Below, piece by piece: positions 38,435 to 47,028 of a DNA stretch of 64,000 nt. The stretch is from a virus. Its lineage: Duplodnaviria > Heunggongvirae > Uroviricota > Caudoviricetes > Herelleviridae. The stretch covers positions 68,381-132,380 of the IMG/VR virus record IMGVR_UViG_2595698877_000001; one strand, written 5' to 3'. The notes beneath the pieces were generated by a model, which was not told the origin of the DNA, made no database searches, and saw only the letters and a program-made list of their open reading frames with translations. Both the position numbers and the translations under genes were made by a program. Position 1 is the first letter of the stretch. Every line of letters starts with the position of its first letter.

Positions 38435-38608
38435 ATGGAGACAAATAGAGTTTATTACGAGGGGGATTTTGAATATAAGTGGAACGGACTCTTCTATGTG
38501 TACCGTCATAAAAGTGAGTTCGATTGGAGTCTAGTTAAAACTACTAGCTTCCATATGGAAGTTATTAAACAATTAGAACACGATTATTTTGAGGAGGGAA
38601 TCTATTGA
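38435..38608 (+). CDS. hypothetical small protein (57 aa), not in ORF track
   Basis: ATG 7 nt after the upstream stop. Its TGA overlaps the next TTG start. Confidence 0.3.
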   Translation: METNRVYYEGDFEYKWNGLFYVYRHKSEFDWSLVKTTSFHMEVIKQLEHDYFEEGIY

Positions 38609-38805
38609 TTAAGTATTTTAAAAAGATTTTTTGTAGGCATGACTACGATGCTAAATACGCTTCTATCGCATCAGTTCGAGATGGAGACGATAATCTAGTA
38701 ATCCAAACAACCATGTACAAGTGTAAGAAGTGTGAAGATATTATACATAAGGAAGAAGTAACAAAAGTAGAAAAAGATTGGTATATAAAAGAGGAGGAAA
38801 ATTAA
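38605..38805 (+). CDS. small Cys4 zinc-ribbon-like protein (66 aa)
   Basis: CRHDYD...CKKCEDIIH. Confidence 0.4.
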   Translation: MIKYFKKIFCRHDYDAKYASIASVRDGDDNLVIQTTMYKCKKCEDIIHKEEVTKVEKDWYIKEEEN

Positions 38806-38806
38806 A

Positions 38807-39076
38807 ATGAAAATTATTATTGAAGAACGAAAAAGTGAACCAGATTATCAAGTAGGGGATATCATTGTAGTTAAAAGCGGGACGTACATCATTTACAAAG
38901 TACCAAACAAAGAAGAGTATCACTTAGTAAGTACTAACTTCAACTCGTGGGCAAATGGTACATATGATGACATTAAGGACATGGTTAACAGCCTCAAACG
39001 CAATAACGAATTCTTCCAACATTACTCTAAATATGAGTACGATTTAAAACTAGTAAAAAAAGAGAGAACTTTTTAA
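38807..39076 (+). CDS. hypothetical protein (89 aa)
   Basis: GAGGAGGAAAA RBS. Confidence 0.4.
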   Translation: MKIIIEERKSEPDYQVGDIIVVKSGTYIIYKVPNKEEYHLVSTNFNSWANGTYDDIKDMVNSLKRNNEFFQHYSKYEYDLKLVKKERTF

Positions 39077-39084
39077 AAAAATAG

Positions 39085-39116
39085 TTGCATTATTAACAGA
39101 ATAGTGGTATTATAAT
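39085..39116 (+). promoter_or_regulatory. sigma-A-type promoter TTGCAT-17-TGgTATTAT(AAT)
   Basis: TTGCAT at 39085-39090. -10 TATTAT at 39108-13, overlapping TATAAT at 39111-16. Confidence 0.5.
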
Positions 39117-39170
39117 TAGAGAAGATGATAGTTGTCTTCTCTATTCTATTTAAAAGGAGGAGAATGCCGT

Positions 39171-39722
39171 TTGATAGACGTAAATGTGGACACGTTAGAT
39201 TTTCAGAATTTACGCATAAAAGATGAGTCTGGACAAGAACTAATATACGACATGCGTAATGAATTAAAAATTAACGAGTCTATTTTGCAGCAGGAGATGT
39301 TAGAACAACCGTCGAAGTATATATACTGGTCTTCTTTATTAGAGAAGCTACGATATTATCAAGAGATGGAGGAACTAAACTTAGAAGTTGTATGGTCGAA
39401 GTTAGATGGAGAAGCACGAACACATATCACCGCGCAAGGTGGGAAAGCAACGAAAGACCAAGTGGAAGCATACATAAAGCAACAAGAAGCGTATTTAAAA
39501 CAGAAAAAGGTTTGCGTACATTACACGCATGTTATTGGTCGTTTACAACGTATTGTGAAAGCATTTGAACAACGTAAAGACATGCTACAATCGTATGGTA
39601 AACAAGTAGCGAATGACCTGTCATACGGTCATGGAGCAGGTAGTAAGTTTATGCAAGATGAACAAGCTTATTTAAACTATGCTCAACAACAAGTCAATCC
39701 ACAGATAGGGAGGGGATATTAA
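39171..39722 (+). CDS. hypothetical protein (183 aa); recombination-mediator candidate by position
   Basis: TTG start 7 nt after AAAAGGAGGAG. The ORF track's start at 39132 lies within the leader hairpin. Confidence 0.4.
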   Translation: MIDVNVDTLDFQNLRIKDESGQELIYDMRNELKINESILQQEMLEQPSKYIYWSSLLEKLRYYQEMEELNLEVVWSKLDGEARTHITAQGGKATKDQVEAYIKQQEAYLKQKKVCVHYTHVIGRLQRIVKAFEQRKDMLQSYGKQVANDLSYGHGAGSKFMQDEQAYLNYAQQQVNPQIGRGY

Positions 39723-39946
39723 TGTCTGTTCCGGGTCTATACGATTTATCTAACCATTTGACGGAATCAGACGCTTTCCGCGAACTATCGGAAGCTCTGG
39801 AATATTTAACTCCATATGAGTTTAAAGAAAGATACTTCCCTTATTGGTATAGCGAGAACGGTATCGAGGGAGTTAGTATGGCATTAACAGTTGATGGTTG
39901 GTACGTATTTACTATCGACGGAGAGGTTGTACTAGATGCTAAGTGA
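39722..39946 (+). CDS. hypothetical protein (74 aa)
   Basis: TAATG overlap with the upstream stop. Confidence 0.4.
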   Translation: MSVPGLYDLSNHLTESDAFRELSEALEYLTPYEFKERYFPYWYSENGIEGVSMALTVDGWYVFTIDGEVVLDAK

Positions 39947-40049
39947 AATGAAGTCGGAGTTAGATATAAGACTTAAAATCGGTGAATTGCAGGATGGAAC
40001 AAGGTACTATCGTAAATTACATAACGAAGGTGAACTTGATAAAGAGTAA
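39936..40049 (+). CDS. possible small ORF (37 aa), not in ORF track
   Basis: ATG overlaps the upstream gene's end. GGAGAGG lies 10 nt upstream. Confidence 0.2.
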   Translation: MLSEMKSELDIRLKIGELQDGTRYYRKLHNEGELDKE

Positions 40050-40158
40050 CTAAAATTTCTTATCAGGGAAAGTAACGCTTTTATTCTAGCGCTCAAGTGG
40101 GTTCTAGGAGAGGCAGATAGATTTGACTAATAAATTTTCAGAAAATTCAGAAAATTAG

Positions 40159-40190
40159 TTGACACCCTATTCATAACATGGTATTATAAT
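40159..40190 (+). promoter_or_regulatory. sigma-A-type promoter TTGACA-17-TGgTATTAT
   Basis: TTGACA at 40159-40164 and -10 at 40182-40187. Preceded by the direct repeat CAGAAAATT x2. Confidence 0.6.
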
Positions 40191-40303
40191 AGAGTACCAG
40201 TTAAGAGAGGAGGGTAAATAAAGTGAAAGGTAACAACGTCACTTAGTTTTTGGGAAGTACATAGAATACATAAATTAAAAACAATTAGGAGGAAAATACA
40301 TAT

Positions 40304-41608
40304 ATGAATTTTGCTGATATCATTGCACAGGAACAGAAGAACTTAGAACAACAAGGAGGCGGTGACCATCCGAAGGTAGTTTACCCGGAAACAAAACACC
40401 AACGCCTGTTCTTCGAGAAAGGGCAAACGGAATTAATGATTCAATTATTACCATCCGGCGATTTAGTAAGCCCGTTCTTCGCGCATACTCGTAAGATTTT
40501 CCTAAGTGCTAAAACATCTAAAGGTAAAGAGTTAAATGTTAACTTCACTTTAGATAGCCAAGTAAACGAAGGTTCATTACTAGATAACAAGATTGCAGAG
40601 TGGACAGATAAAGGAATGATTCCTACTCCATTCGGTGGACAACAAAAACCTAAAAATCTTTACCTAGTTAACGTGGTTCGTGTATTCCCACATCCACAGA
40701 ACCCGCAACAATTATACCAAGAGCGCGATGAGCATGGCAACCTAGTAGTTCGATTATTCGAAATGCCACAAACAGCGTTCAAAACGATTCTTAAGAATCT
40801 ACAAGACCCGTTCTTATCTGGTGGACGTGAGTTATCATTCATCGACCCGAATGGTGCGTACCCTATTAAAATCTCAAAACCAGCTAAAGGTCAAATGGAA
40901 TACCCAGTAACAGTTTACCAAACAAACTTACCGCCATTAGGACAAGGCTGGGAAACACAGTTAGAGAACTTACCAGCACATGCGGTACCGACTGAGCGTT
41001 TAGAGAATGGATACCAATGGGTAGAAACATTCATCAGCATTAAAGAAGGTAAACCACAAGGACAGGCTCAACAACAGCCACAAGGACAAGCTCCACAGCA
41101 AAATCCTTACGGACAACAAGCTAACCCTTATGGACAAGCTCCGGCACAAGGTCAAAATCCCTATGGACAAGCTCCAGCTTTAGGACAGAACCCTTACGGA
41201 CAAACAGCTAATACATACCAAGCACCACAAAATACATATGCACCACCAGCTCAAACTGCATACCAAGCACCGCCAGCACCGCATTACGGTCAACAAGCAG
41301 CTACAGGTTACCAAGCGCCACCAGCGTACCAACCACCTGCATACCAACCGCAAGCGGAGCCTAATATTCAATTACCATCTGGTATGAATGAGCCAGACCC
41401 GTTTGACATTGGGGTATCAACTGACTTATCTCAAAATGGTGGAGTGGGCGCACCAGCAACAACAGTACCTCCAGTACCACCAGCTCAACAACCAGCAAAT
41501 ACAGTACAACAAACAGCGCCACAAACGCAACCTGATTTAACGAAAGTAGCTACAAACGATAATGGATTCCCTGATATCGACGCTATGATTGCGGAAGAGC
41601 TTCAATAA
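40304..41608 (+). CDS. SSB-like / recombination-associated protein with Q/P/Y/G-rich disordered region and acidic C-terminal tip
   Basis: 434 aa. Residues ~250-400 are low complexity (NPYGQAPA repeats, YQAPPA). Ends DIDAMIAEELQ. AGGAGGAAAA RBS. Confidence 0.4.
   Translation: MNFADIIAQEQKNLEQQGGGDHPKVVYPETKHQRLFFEKGQTELMIQLLPSGDLVSPFFAHTRKIFLSAKTSKGKELNVNFTLDSQVNEGSLLDNKIAEWTDKGMIPTPFGGQQKPKNLYLVNVVRVFPHPQNPQQLYQERDEHGNLVVRLFEMPQTAFKTILKNLQDPFLSGGRELSFIDPNGAYPIKISKPAKGQMEYPVTVYQTNLPPLGQGWETQLENLPAHAVPTERLENGYQWVETFISIKEGKPQGQAQQQPQGQAPQQNPYGQQANPYGQAPAQGQNPYGQAPALGQNPYGQTANTYQAPQNTYAPPAQTAYQAPPAPHYGQQAATGYQAPPAYQPPAYQPQAEPNIQLPSGMNEPDPFDIGVSTDLSQNGGVGAPATTVPPVPPAQQPANTVQQTAPQTQPDLTKVATNDNGFPDIDAMIAEELQ
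41099..41206 (+). repeat. imperfect in-frame tandem repeats (~33 nt) encoding NPYGQ(A/Q)PA
   Basis: aatccttacggacaa / aacccttatggacaagctcc / aatccctatggacaagctcc / aacccttacggacaa. Confidence 0.6.
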
Positions 41609-41617
41609 GATGTAAGT

Positions 41618-41646
41618 CCTACCCTTCGGGGTGGGCTATCTTTATT
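41618..41646 (+). terminator. terminator hairpin with UUCG tetraloop
   Basis: CCTACCC-TTCG-GGGTGGG followed by a CTATCTTTATT U-tract. Confidence 0.5.
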
Positions 41647-41664
41647 AAAAATAGGAGGTAAACA

Positions 41665-42036
41665 ATGACGAATTATATGAAATTAGAACATGAATTGCTA
41701 GATGGTGAGTATACAGAAGTATGGTGTGATGAACCAAAACCAGATTATGTCCATCATGCACCACATAAGTTCCAAGTAGTTGCTACAGAAGACCGCGATA
41801 CATTAGCTCTTATTCGATTCCAAGAAGGGGCAATTAAAGAACACGGTGTAAACGGTGTCACAAACGAAGATTTAATCCTTATGGTTATGAAACGTTTAGA
41901 ATGCTTCCAAGAAACGAAGTATGCTTGTCGTGATAATGAAGAGGCTCTGAATGGTTTACACAAAGCATTGTACCATTTAACGAACCGTACACGCGAACGT
42001 AAAGCTCGGGGAGTAGAAGGAACGCACCAAGTTTAA
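41665..42036 (+). CDS. hypothetical protein (123 aa)
   Basis: AGGAGGTAAA RBS. Confidence 0.45.
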   Translation: MTNYMKLEHELLDGEYTEVWCDEPKPDYVHHAPHKFQVVATEDRDTLALIRFQEGAIKEHGVNGVTNEDLILMVMKRLECFQETKYACRDNEEALNGLHKALYHLTNRTRERKARGVEGTHQV

Positions 42037-42085
42037 TAATACATAAAGTTACAAACAAGTAGTACATAGGAGGAATTATTAATAT

Positions 42086-43288
42086 ATGGCAAAAAAACAA
42101 AATAAAGTATCAGTAGCTCCACTAGATATTGATTTATCTATCTTAGCAGACGAGAGCATGGGATTAGTACTTTTACAAGATTCTGATTATGCAGAAGTAT
42201 TAGACAGATTACCATTATTCTTGCCTCGTATCGATAAAATTCTAGGTGGGGGATTACCTTTTGGACGTATGATTGAGGTTGCAGGGGTACCATCTGGTGG
42301 TAAATCTACCTTCACTCATCACGTATTACGCGTAGCTTCTCGATTAGGTTGCATTTGCGTACTGATTGATGTAGAGGGTACAAGTGATAAGCAACGTCTA
42401 GCATCACTAGGTATTGATATTTCTAAAGTACTAGTTAAACAGCCTGACTTAAGTAAAGGTCGCGCATTAACAGTTGAAGAAGTAGGTTCTACTATCGAAC
42501 AGACTTTAGAAATCTTCAAAGCGAAATACCCTAATGCACCAGTTGTATACGTTTGGGATTCTGTTGGACAAACTCCTTCTGATGTAGAGTTGGACAAAGA
42601 CTTCGGTGAACAGAACGTAGGCGCAAGAGCGAAAGCGATTACACAGTTCGTAACAAAAGTGACACCAATGATTTCTCAATCTAAATCTTTATTCGTAGGT
42701 ATTAACCAAGTACGTGACGATATCGGTGGAAACCCAATGTTCAAACAGTACAAAGTACCGGGCGGTAAAGCTTGGGAGCATGCTGCAACATTACGATTAG
42801 AGATTAAAAAGAAATCAGCTATTAAAAAAGGTTCGGGTGCAACAGCAGAACACTTAGGACATACTATGGGTGTTAAAACTCGTAAGTCTAAAGTATCTCC
42901 ACCATTACAAGAAGCAGAAGCAGCGTTACTATCACTTACTGGTATCGACTACGAATACAACATCGCTAAGATGGCGGAAGATGAAAAGATTCTAGGAACT
43001 ACTGGACAAAGTTATGAGTACACAGATGCTACAGGTGAACACCACAAAATGAAGAAAGATAACTTTATCGAATGGTTACGAGACGAAGGTTGCTATGTTC
43101 GTCAAGAACTATTAAACAAGTTAATCGTAGCTTCTTATGGTGATGCTCCGTACCCAGCATTAAATAACGCAACACTACCGATTACTGGTTGGATTGACCA
43201 AGTAGAAGAGGTAACCCCAGAAATCAACTTACATAAGGAACCGGAGAAAAGCGAAGACGACTTAGTAGAAGAGATTTTAAAAGGTTAG
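42086..43288 (+). CDS. RecA/UvsX-like recombinase ATPase
   Basis: ILGGGLPFGRMIEVAGVPSGGKSTF (Walker A). Walker B-like VVYVWDS. Loop-like ITQFVTKVTPMISQSKSLFVGINQVRDDIG. Confidence 0.6.
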   Translation: MAKKQNKVSVAPLDIDLSILADESMGLVLLQDSDYAEVLDRLPLFLPRIDKILGGGLPFGRMIEVAGVPSGGKSTFTHHVLRVASRLGCICVLIDVEGTSDKQRLASLGIDISKVLVKQPDLSKGRALTVEEVGSTIEQTLEIFKAKYPNAPVVYVWDSVGQTPSDVELDKDFGEQNVGARAKAITQFVTKVTPMISQSKSLFVGINQVRDDIGGNPMFKQYKVPGGKAWEHAATLRLEIKKKSAIKKGSGATAEHLGHTMGVKTRKSKVSPPLQEAEAALLSLTGIDYEYNIAKMAEDEKILGTTGQSYEYTDATGEHHKMKKDNFIEWLRDEGCYVRQELLNKLIVASYGDAPYPALNNATLPITGWIDQVEEVTPEINLHKEPEKSEDDLVEEILKG

Positions 43289-43344
43289 GGTAATCCCCTT
43301 TCCTTTTTCTCTATTACTATCATACATCAGAGGGAGGAATTTGT

Positions 43345-43701
43345 TTGACACAATGGAAAGAGACTAGAACGGATATTATTTCCGGAACACTAGATTGTTA
43401 TAGAGAGAGAACGGTAACTGATGATAACTCTACACCCCTATCATATGCTTTAATCCGTGAGAAGATTCGAAATATTATCAAACAAGATAAGAAAGTCCTA
43501 TTAGAGATTAAAGACTCTTATAGCACACAGACAGTTATTATCCAGTTTGAGAAAGCATATGACCGCTGGGCGATGGGTACCTCAATTTGTTACTTCGAAA
43601 ATGAAATCATTAAAGTCCCTTACACGGTTCACTATTCAGATATTCTCTGTAAAAAAATAGGGGTCAAGACCATATTGGAGGGGATGCGACCTATTGGCTA
43701 A
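43345..43701 (+). CDS. hypothetical protein (118 aa)
   Basis: TTG start 7 nt after GAGGGAGGAA. Confidence 0.4.
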   Translation: MTQWKETRTDIISGTLDCYRERTVTDDNSTPLSYALIREKIRNIIKQDKKVLLEIKDSYSTQTVIIQFEKAYDRWAMGTSICYFENEIIKVPYTVHYSDILCKKIGVKTILEGMRPIG

Positions 43702-44317
43702 TACTACGCATGGATTAAGCAACACTAAACTTTATAGAGTTTACTGGGGTATGATAAGTCGTGTTAAGTATCCTAGTGGAGATAGGTATGAAAGCTACGG
43801 AGGTCGTGGAATATCAATTTGTGATGAATGGTTAGCGAAAGACAACGGGTTTATCACGTTCTATAACTGGGCTACTAGCAATGGATACGAAGAAGGGTTA
43901 ACCTTAGATAGAATTGACGTAGACGGAGATTACACACCCTCTAATTGTAGATGGATTAGTAATGAAGAGCAACAGAAGAATAGAACTAATAACAGACTGA
44001 TGACGTTAAACGGCGTTACCAAGACAATTACCGAGTGGTCGGAATCACTAGGCGGTAAACATACTCTTGTGCAAGGTAGACTTGATTTAGGGTGGTCGGA
44101 AGAAGATGCCTTAACTAAGCCTGTAACTGATATGAAATCGAATCAATATGGGGTTAAGTTAGTAGAACATCAAGGTAAAAAGCAGTCAATGAAAGACTGG
44201 GCGGATGAGGTCGGTTTACCATACCACACGTTAGCTAGAAGACTCAATAAAGGTTGGGACATTGATAGAGCTATGACAACTCCTTTGGATACGAAGTACG
44301 CGACAAGAAAAAAGTGA
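43694..44317 (+). CDS. free-standing HNH/AP2-type homing endonuclease
   Basis: Signature YRVYWGMISR...YGGRGISICDEW...LTLDRIDVDGDYTPSNCRWISNEEQQKN. TTG start overlaps the upstream gene by 8 nt. Confidence 0.6.
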   Translation: MANTTHGLSNTKLYRVYWGMISRVKYPSGDRYESYGGRGISICDEWLAKDNGFITFYNWATSNGYEEGLTLDRIDVDGDYTPSNCRWISNEEQQKNRTNNRLMTLNGVTKTITEWSESLGGKHTLVQGRLDLGWSEEDALTKPVTDMKSNQYGVKLVEHQGKKQSMKDWADEVGLPYHTLARRLNKGWDIDRAMTTPLDTKYATRKK

Positions 44318-44328
44318 GGAGGAAATAG

Positions 44329-44964
44329 ATGGCTAGAAACGTAGAAAAAGAAAAAGAGCTTATGTTAAATGGAAATAGGTTTTTAACGAACACAGACGCT
44401 CATACGGGCGTTTTCTCACGAGACGTAGATAAACTATTCGTACAATACAAAAACCTCCGTATGAGCGTGTATAACCAGTATAAAGGGTACTTATCTGATG
44501 CTGCTACTCGTGCAGAGTTATGGAGCTATATTTCCGAACAGTTTGTAAGACTTGTAAAAGAGTACGAGATTAATGGTGCTGTAGACTTTCCGGGCTATGT
44601 CCAGAATAAGCTCACACTACGAGTAAAGAACAGCTTCATCAAAGGTAACTATCGTGATAGAAATCGCGTATTCGTTACAAAAAATGAGGTTGATGTTACG
44701 AACCTTCTAGAACGTGTGGAAGTGGCTGATACAGAGTTAGATTACTATGAGACACTAGAGTACGTTTTACAAGGCGTATCCTTCGATGAGATGGAGAAAG
44801 ATATCTTGTACTTACTAATGCAAGAGCATAAGGATACATACATAGAACAAACGTTACGAGCGAAGTACCAGAAACAAGGGGTAACAGTAACAGTTATCCG
44901 AGAGAAAATAGCAGATGTACAAGAGTTTGTCAAATTCAAGTTAGAAGCAGCATTGGAGGGTTAG
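44329..44964 (+). CDS. sigma-factor-like protein (late-transcription regulator candidate)
   Basis: Weak sigma-70 region 2-like (LWSYISEQFVRLVKEY) and region 4-like C-terminal HTH. GAGGAGGAAAT RBS. Confidence 0.3.
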   Translation: MARNVEKEKELMLNGNRFLTNTDAHTGVFSRDVDKLFVQYKNLRMSVYNQYKGYLSDAATRAELWSYISEQFVRLVKEYEINGAVDFPGYVQNKLTLRVKNSFIKGNYRDRNRVFVTKNEVDVTNLLERVEVADTELDYYETLEYVLQGVSFDEMEKDILYLLMQEHKDTYIEQTLRAKYQKQGVTVTVIREKIADVQEFVKFKLEAALEG

Positions 44965-44965
44965 T

Positions 44966-45124
44966 ATGTCAGGTGAGTTAAAAGTAACAGTTACCTTCTC
45001 GATGAAAGAATACGATAATCTTAGCAAAGAGGAGAAAGTTGATTATCTTCAAGAAATCATTACACATACAGATTACACCTACTCGTTAGGTATCTCTACT
45101 CTAGTGATTGAATCGGAAGAATAA
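44966..45124 (+). CDS. hypothetical small protein (52 aa), not in ORF track
   Basis: GGAGGG RBS 5 nt upstream. ATG 2 nt after the upstream stop. Confidence 0.3.
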   Translation: MSGELKVTVTFSMKEYDNLSKEEKVDYLQEIITHTDYTYSLGISTLVIESEE

Positions 45125-45176
45125 ACAGTACCTTGTGCTATATTATAATTGATAACTAAGGAGAGGTGAATAGTAA

Positions 45177-45476
45177 ATGGAAAATCACGATAAACATGAA
45201 GTATTTGTACCGCAGGAGGCACCGCCAATTTCCCCGGGTACTATTGTGCGTTTTGTTGTGTTCTTAGTAGCTTTAGTAAACGCTGTAGCTTCTTTACTAG
45301 GTCATGAGTTAGGTTTACAGGTAGACCAAAGTGTATTGTATGACGTATTATCTGCATTATTCTTAATGGGTTCCAGCTTACACATGGCGTGGAAGAATAA
45401 CAACATCACGAAACAAGCTCGTATCAAAGCACACGCTACCGAGCAAATTACATTAGATAAAAAAGGAGACAAGTAA
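45177..45476 (+). CDS. holin-like small membrane protein (2 TM, charged C-terminus)
   Basis: Two hydrophobic helices and a Lys-rich tail. No endolysin was recognised nearby. Confidence 0.3.
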   Translation: MENHDKHEVFVPQEAPPISPGTIVRFVVFLVALVNAVASLLGHELGLQVDQSVLYDVLSALFLMGSSLHMAWKNNNITKQARIKAHATEQITLDKKGDK

Positions 45477-45478
45477 TT

Positions 45479-45955
45479 ATGGCAAAGAAATTAGCAGATG
45501 TTTTAAAACAAGCAACAGTAACATTAAATCCGGGAGACTTTTTAGCGACAGTAACTCGTTCAGAAGGGTACTTACCATCTCGTGAGGACACTATCTCATT
45601 AGCGTTAGGTAAATACTTATTCAAAGTAGTTGACAAAGACGGTGCGCGTTTAGTTGTTCCGATGAAACTAGCTGCGGATAATAAGAGTCTAGTAGAAGTG
45701 TTAGACCGCCCGGTTATCGTAGCGAAAGGTACAGAACTTACATACACAGTGGGACGTAATCACCCAACATTCCGTGACGGTTATCAAGGTCGTGGATTCG
45801 AAAAGGTTAAAGGTATCGCTGCTGACAAAATGGATAAAGAAATCGTACTTGCATTCATTGAGTTCGCTAATACAGAGTTCTCATTAGGTGTAAACGACTT
45901 CCGATTAGGTGGAGACGAGTTACTAGATGTGGGTACTCCTCCAACAAAACCTTAA
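45479..45955 (+). CDS. hypothetical protein (158 aa)
   Basis: ATG 3 nt after the upstream stop. Strong terminator downstream. Confidence 0.5.
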   Translation: MAKKLADVLKQATVTLNPGDFLATVTRSEGYLPSREDTISLALGKYLFKVVDKDGARLVVPMKLAADNKSLVEVLDRPVIVAKGTELTYTVGRNHPTFRDGYQGRGFEKVKGIAADKMDKEIVLAFIEFANTEFSLGVNDFRLGGDELLDVGTPPTKP

Positions 45956-45970
45956 TAAATAACAAAGAGT

Positions 45971-45999
45971 AGAAGGTGTAAAAACCTTCTATTTTTTTA
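45971..45999 (+). terminator. rho-independent terminator
   Basis: 7-bp stem AGAAGGT/ACCTTCT followed by T7. Confidence 0.7.
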
Positions 46000-46011
46000 T
46001 GCATAAAACTA

Positions 46012-46040
46012 TTGACTTTTGGTAGATTAGTTGGTAGAAT
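46012..46040 (+). promoter_or_regulatory. sigma-A-type promoter TTGACT-17-TGgTAGAAT
   Basis: TTGACT at 46012-46017 and TAGAAT at 46035-46040. Confidence 0.65.
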
Positions 46041-46070
46041 ATTCTTATGATGAAGAAAGGAGGAGTATGT

Positions 46071-47015
46071 TTGGAGAAAGAAATCTTAAAAGTGTTTGTT
46101 CCACCATCGTTTGAAGGAGTCACAGGTGTAGCGGTTCTAGAAGAATTATTTCTGAACAGCAATATCGATGTGGAGGTGGAATATACAAAAACTCTCGATT
46201 TCCGAGATGTTAATAGATTCAAAGGCTACAACAACATCATTGTACTAGGTATTGCGTATATGGGTGGGAACTTACCAGTAGAATTTACTATTGAACTAAA
46301 CAACCCGTTTACGAACTTCATTCATGTAGCTACATACGGTGAAGAACTACCGGGTGACCATATTATATCTAGAGTGGTAGAAGATAAAGACCCAATTATA
46401 GATGTGTATGATATCCTACAGAGAAGCAACATGTTCCCGTACATTCAGTACGAAGGTGACTGGGAATCAGGAAAAGCAAAACAATTAGCGGTAGTAGCTA
46501 ATAAATATCGTACTTGGACATGGTATGATGATAAGTTAACGAAATACTTACTAGCTATGTACAATGCAATGGGTAAGTATATGCCTACTGCATTAGCAGG
46601 TAGAACGATACAACAAGCAGTAACGGATAACAAATGCGTAATAGCCGGGCAAATGATGGCTATGTCAGAATACATAAAAGATAAAATTGAACAGACGAAG
46701 ACAGCAGATATCGTAATTAACGATGTACCGTGTAAGTTAAAGGTTGTCTTTGCAGATAGATACATAAATGAGATTGCAAATAGATTACTAGAGGTTGGTT
46801 ATCAAGAGGCACCTACAGTTGTATGTGTAGGACGAGCTACTAAAGGTAACGATATGTTCTCTGTCCGTACTAAAGGTGTAGACGCGAGAGAGTTCATCAA
46901 AGGCGTTAGTGGACGAGCTACAGGTAAAGAAAATGTAGGAAGTCTATTTGTACAAATTAGCTATGCAGAATTGATGAAAAATTCGATGGTTACATTACTT
47001 AGCGGTGATATTTAA
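46071..47015 (+). CDS. hypothetical protein (314 aa)
   Basis: TTG start after AAAGGAGGAG. The ORF track's ATG at 46047 lies upstream of the predicted TSS. Confidence 0.45.
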   Translation: MEKEILKVFVPPSFEGVTGVAVLEELFLNSNIDVEVEYTKTLDFRDVNRFKGYNNIIVLGIAYMGGNLPVEFTIELNNPFTNFIHVATYGEELPGDHIISRVVEDKDPIIDVYDILQRSNMFPYIQYEGDWESGKAKQLAVVANKYRTWTWYDDKLTKYLLAMYNAMGKYMPTALAGRTIQQAVTDNKCVIAGQMMAMSEYIKDKIEQTKTADIVINDVPCKLKVVFADRYINEIANRLLEVGYQEAPTVVCVGRATKGNDMFSVRTKGVDAREFIKGVSGRATGKENVGSLFVQISYAELMKNSMVTLLSGDI

Positions 47016-47028
47016 AGGAGGAGACAAT

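Noticed and set aside
45177-45955. Lysis cassette (holin + endolysin)
   Set aside because: 45177-45476 has holin-like topology, but the adjacent 158-aa protein shows no amidase, lysozyme, peptidase or cell-wall-binding motifs. A lysis cassette cannot be supported from sequence.
47005-47028. ORF-track GTG start at 47005 (and similar extended starts at 36965, 46047, 61828, 32601, 26430)
   Set aside because: These extensions run into terminators, promoters or the preceding gene. Internal ATG/TTG codons with canonical AGGAGG spacing were preferred.
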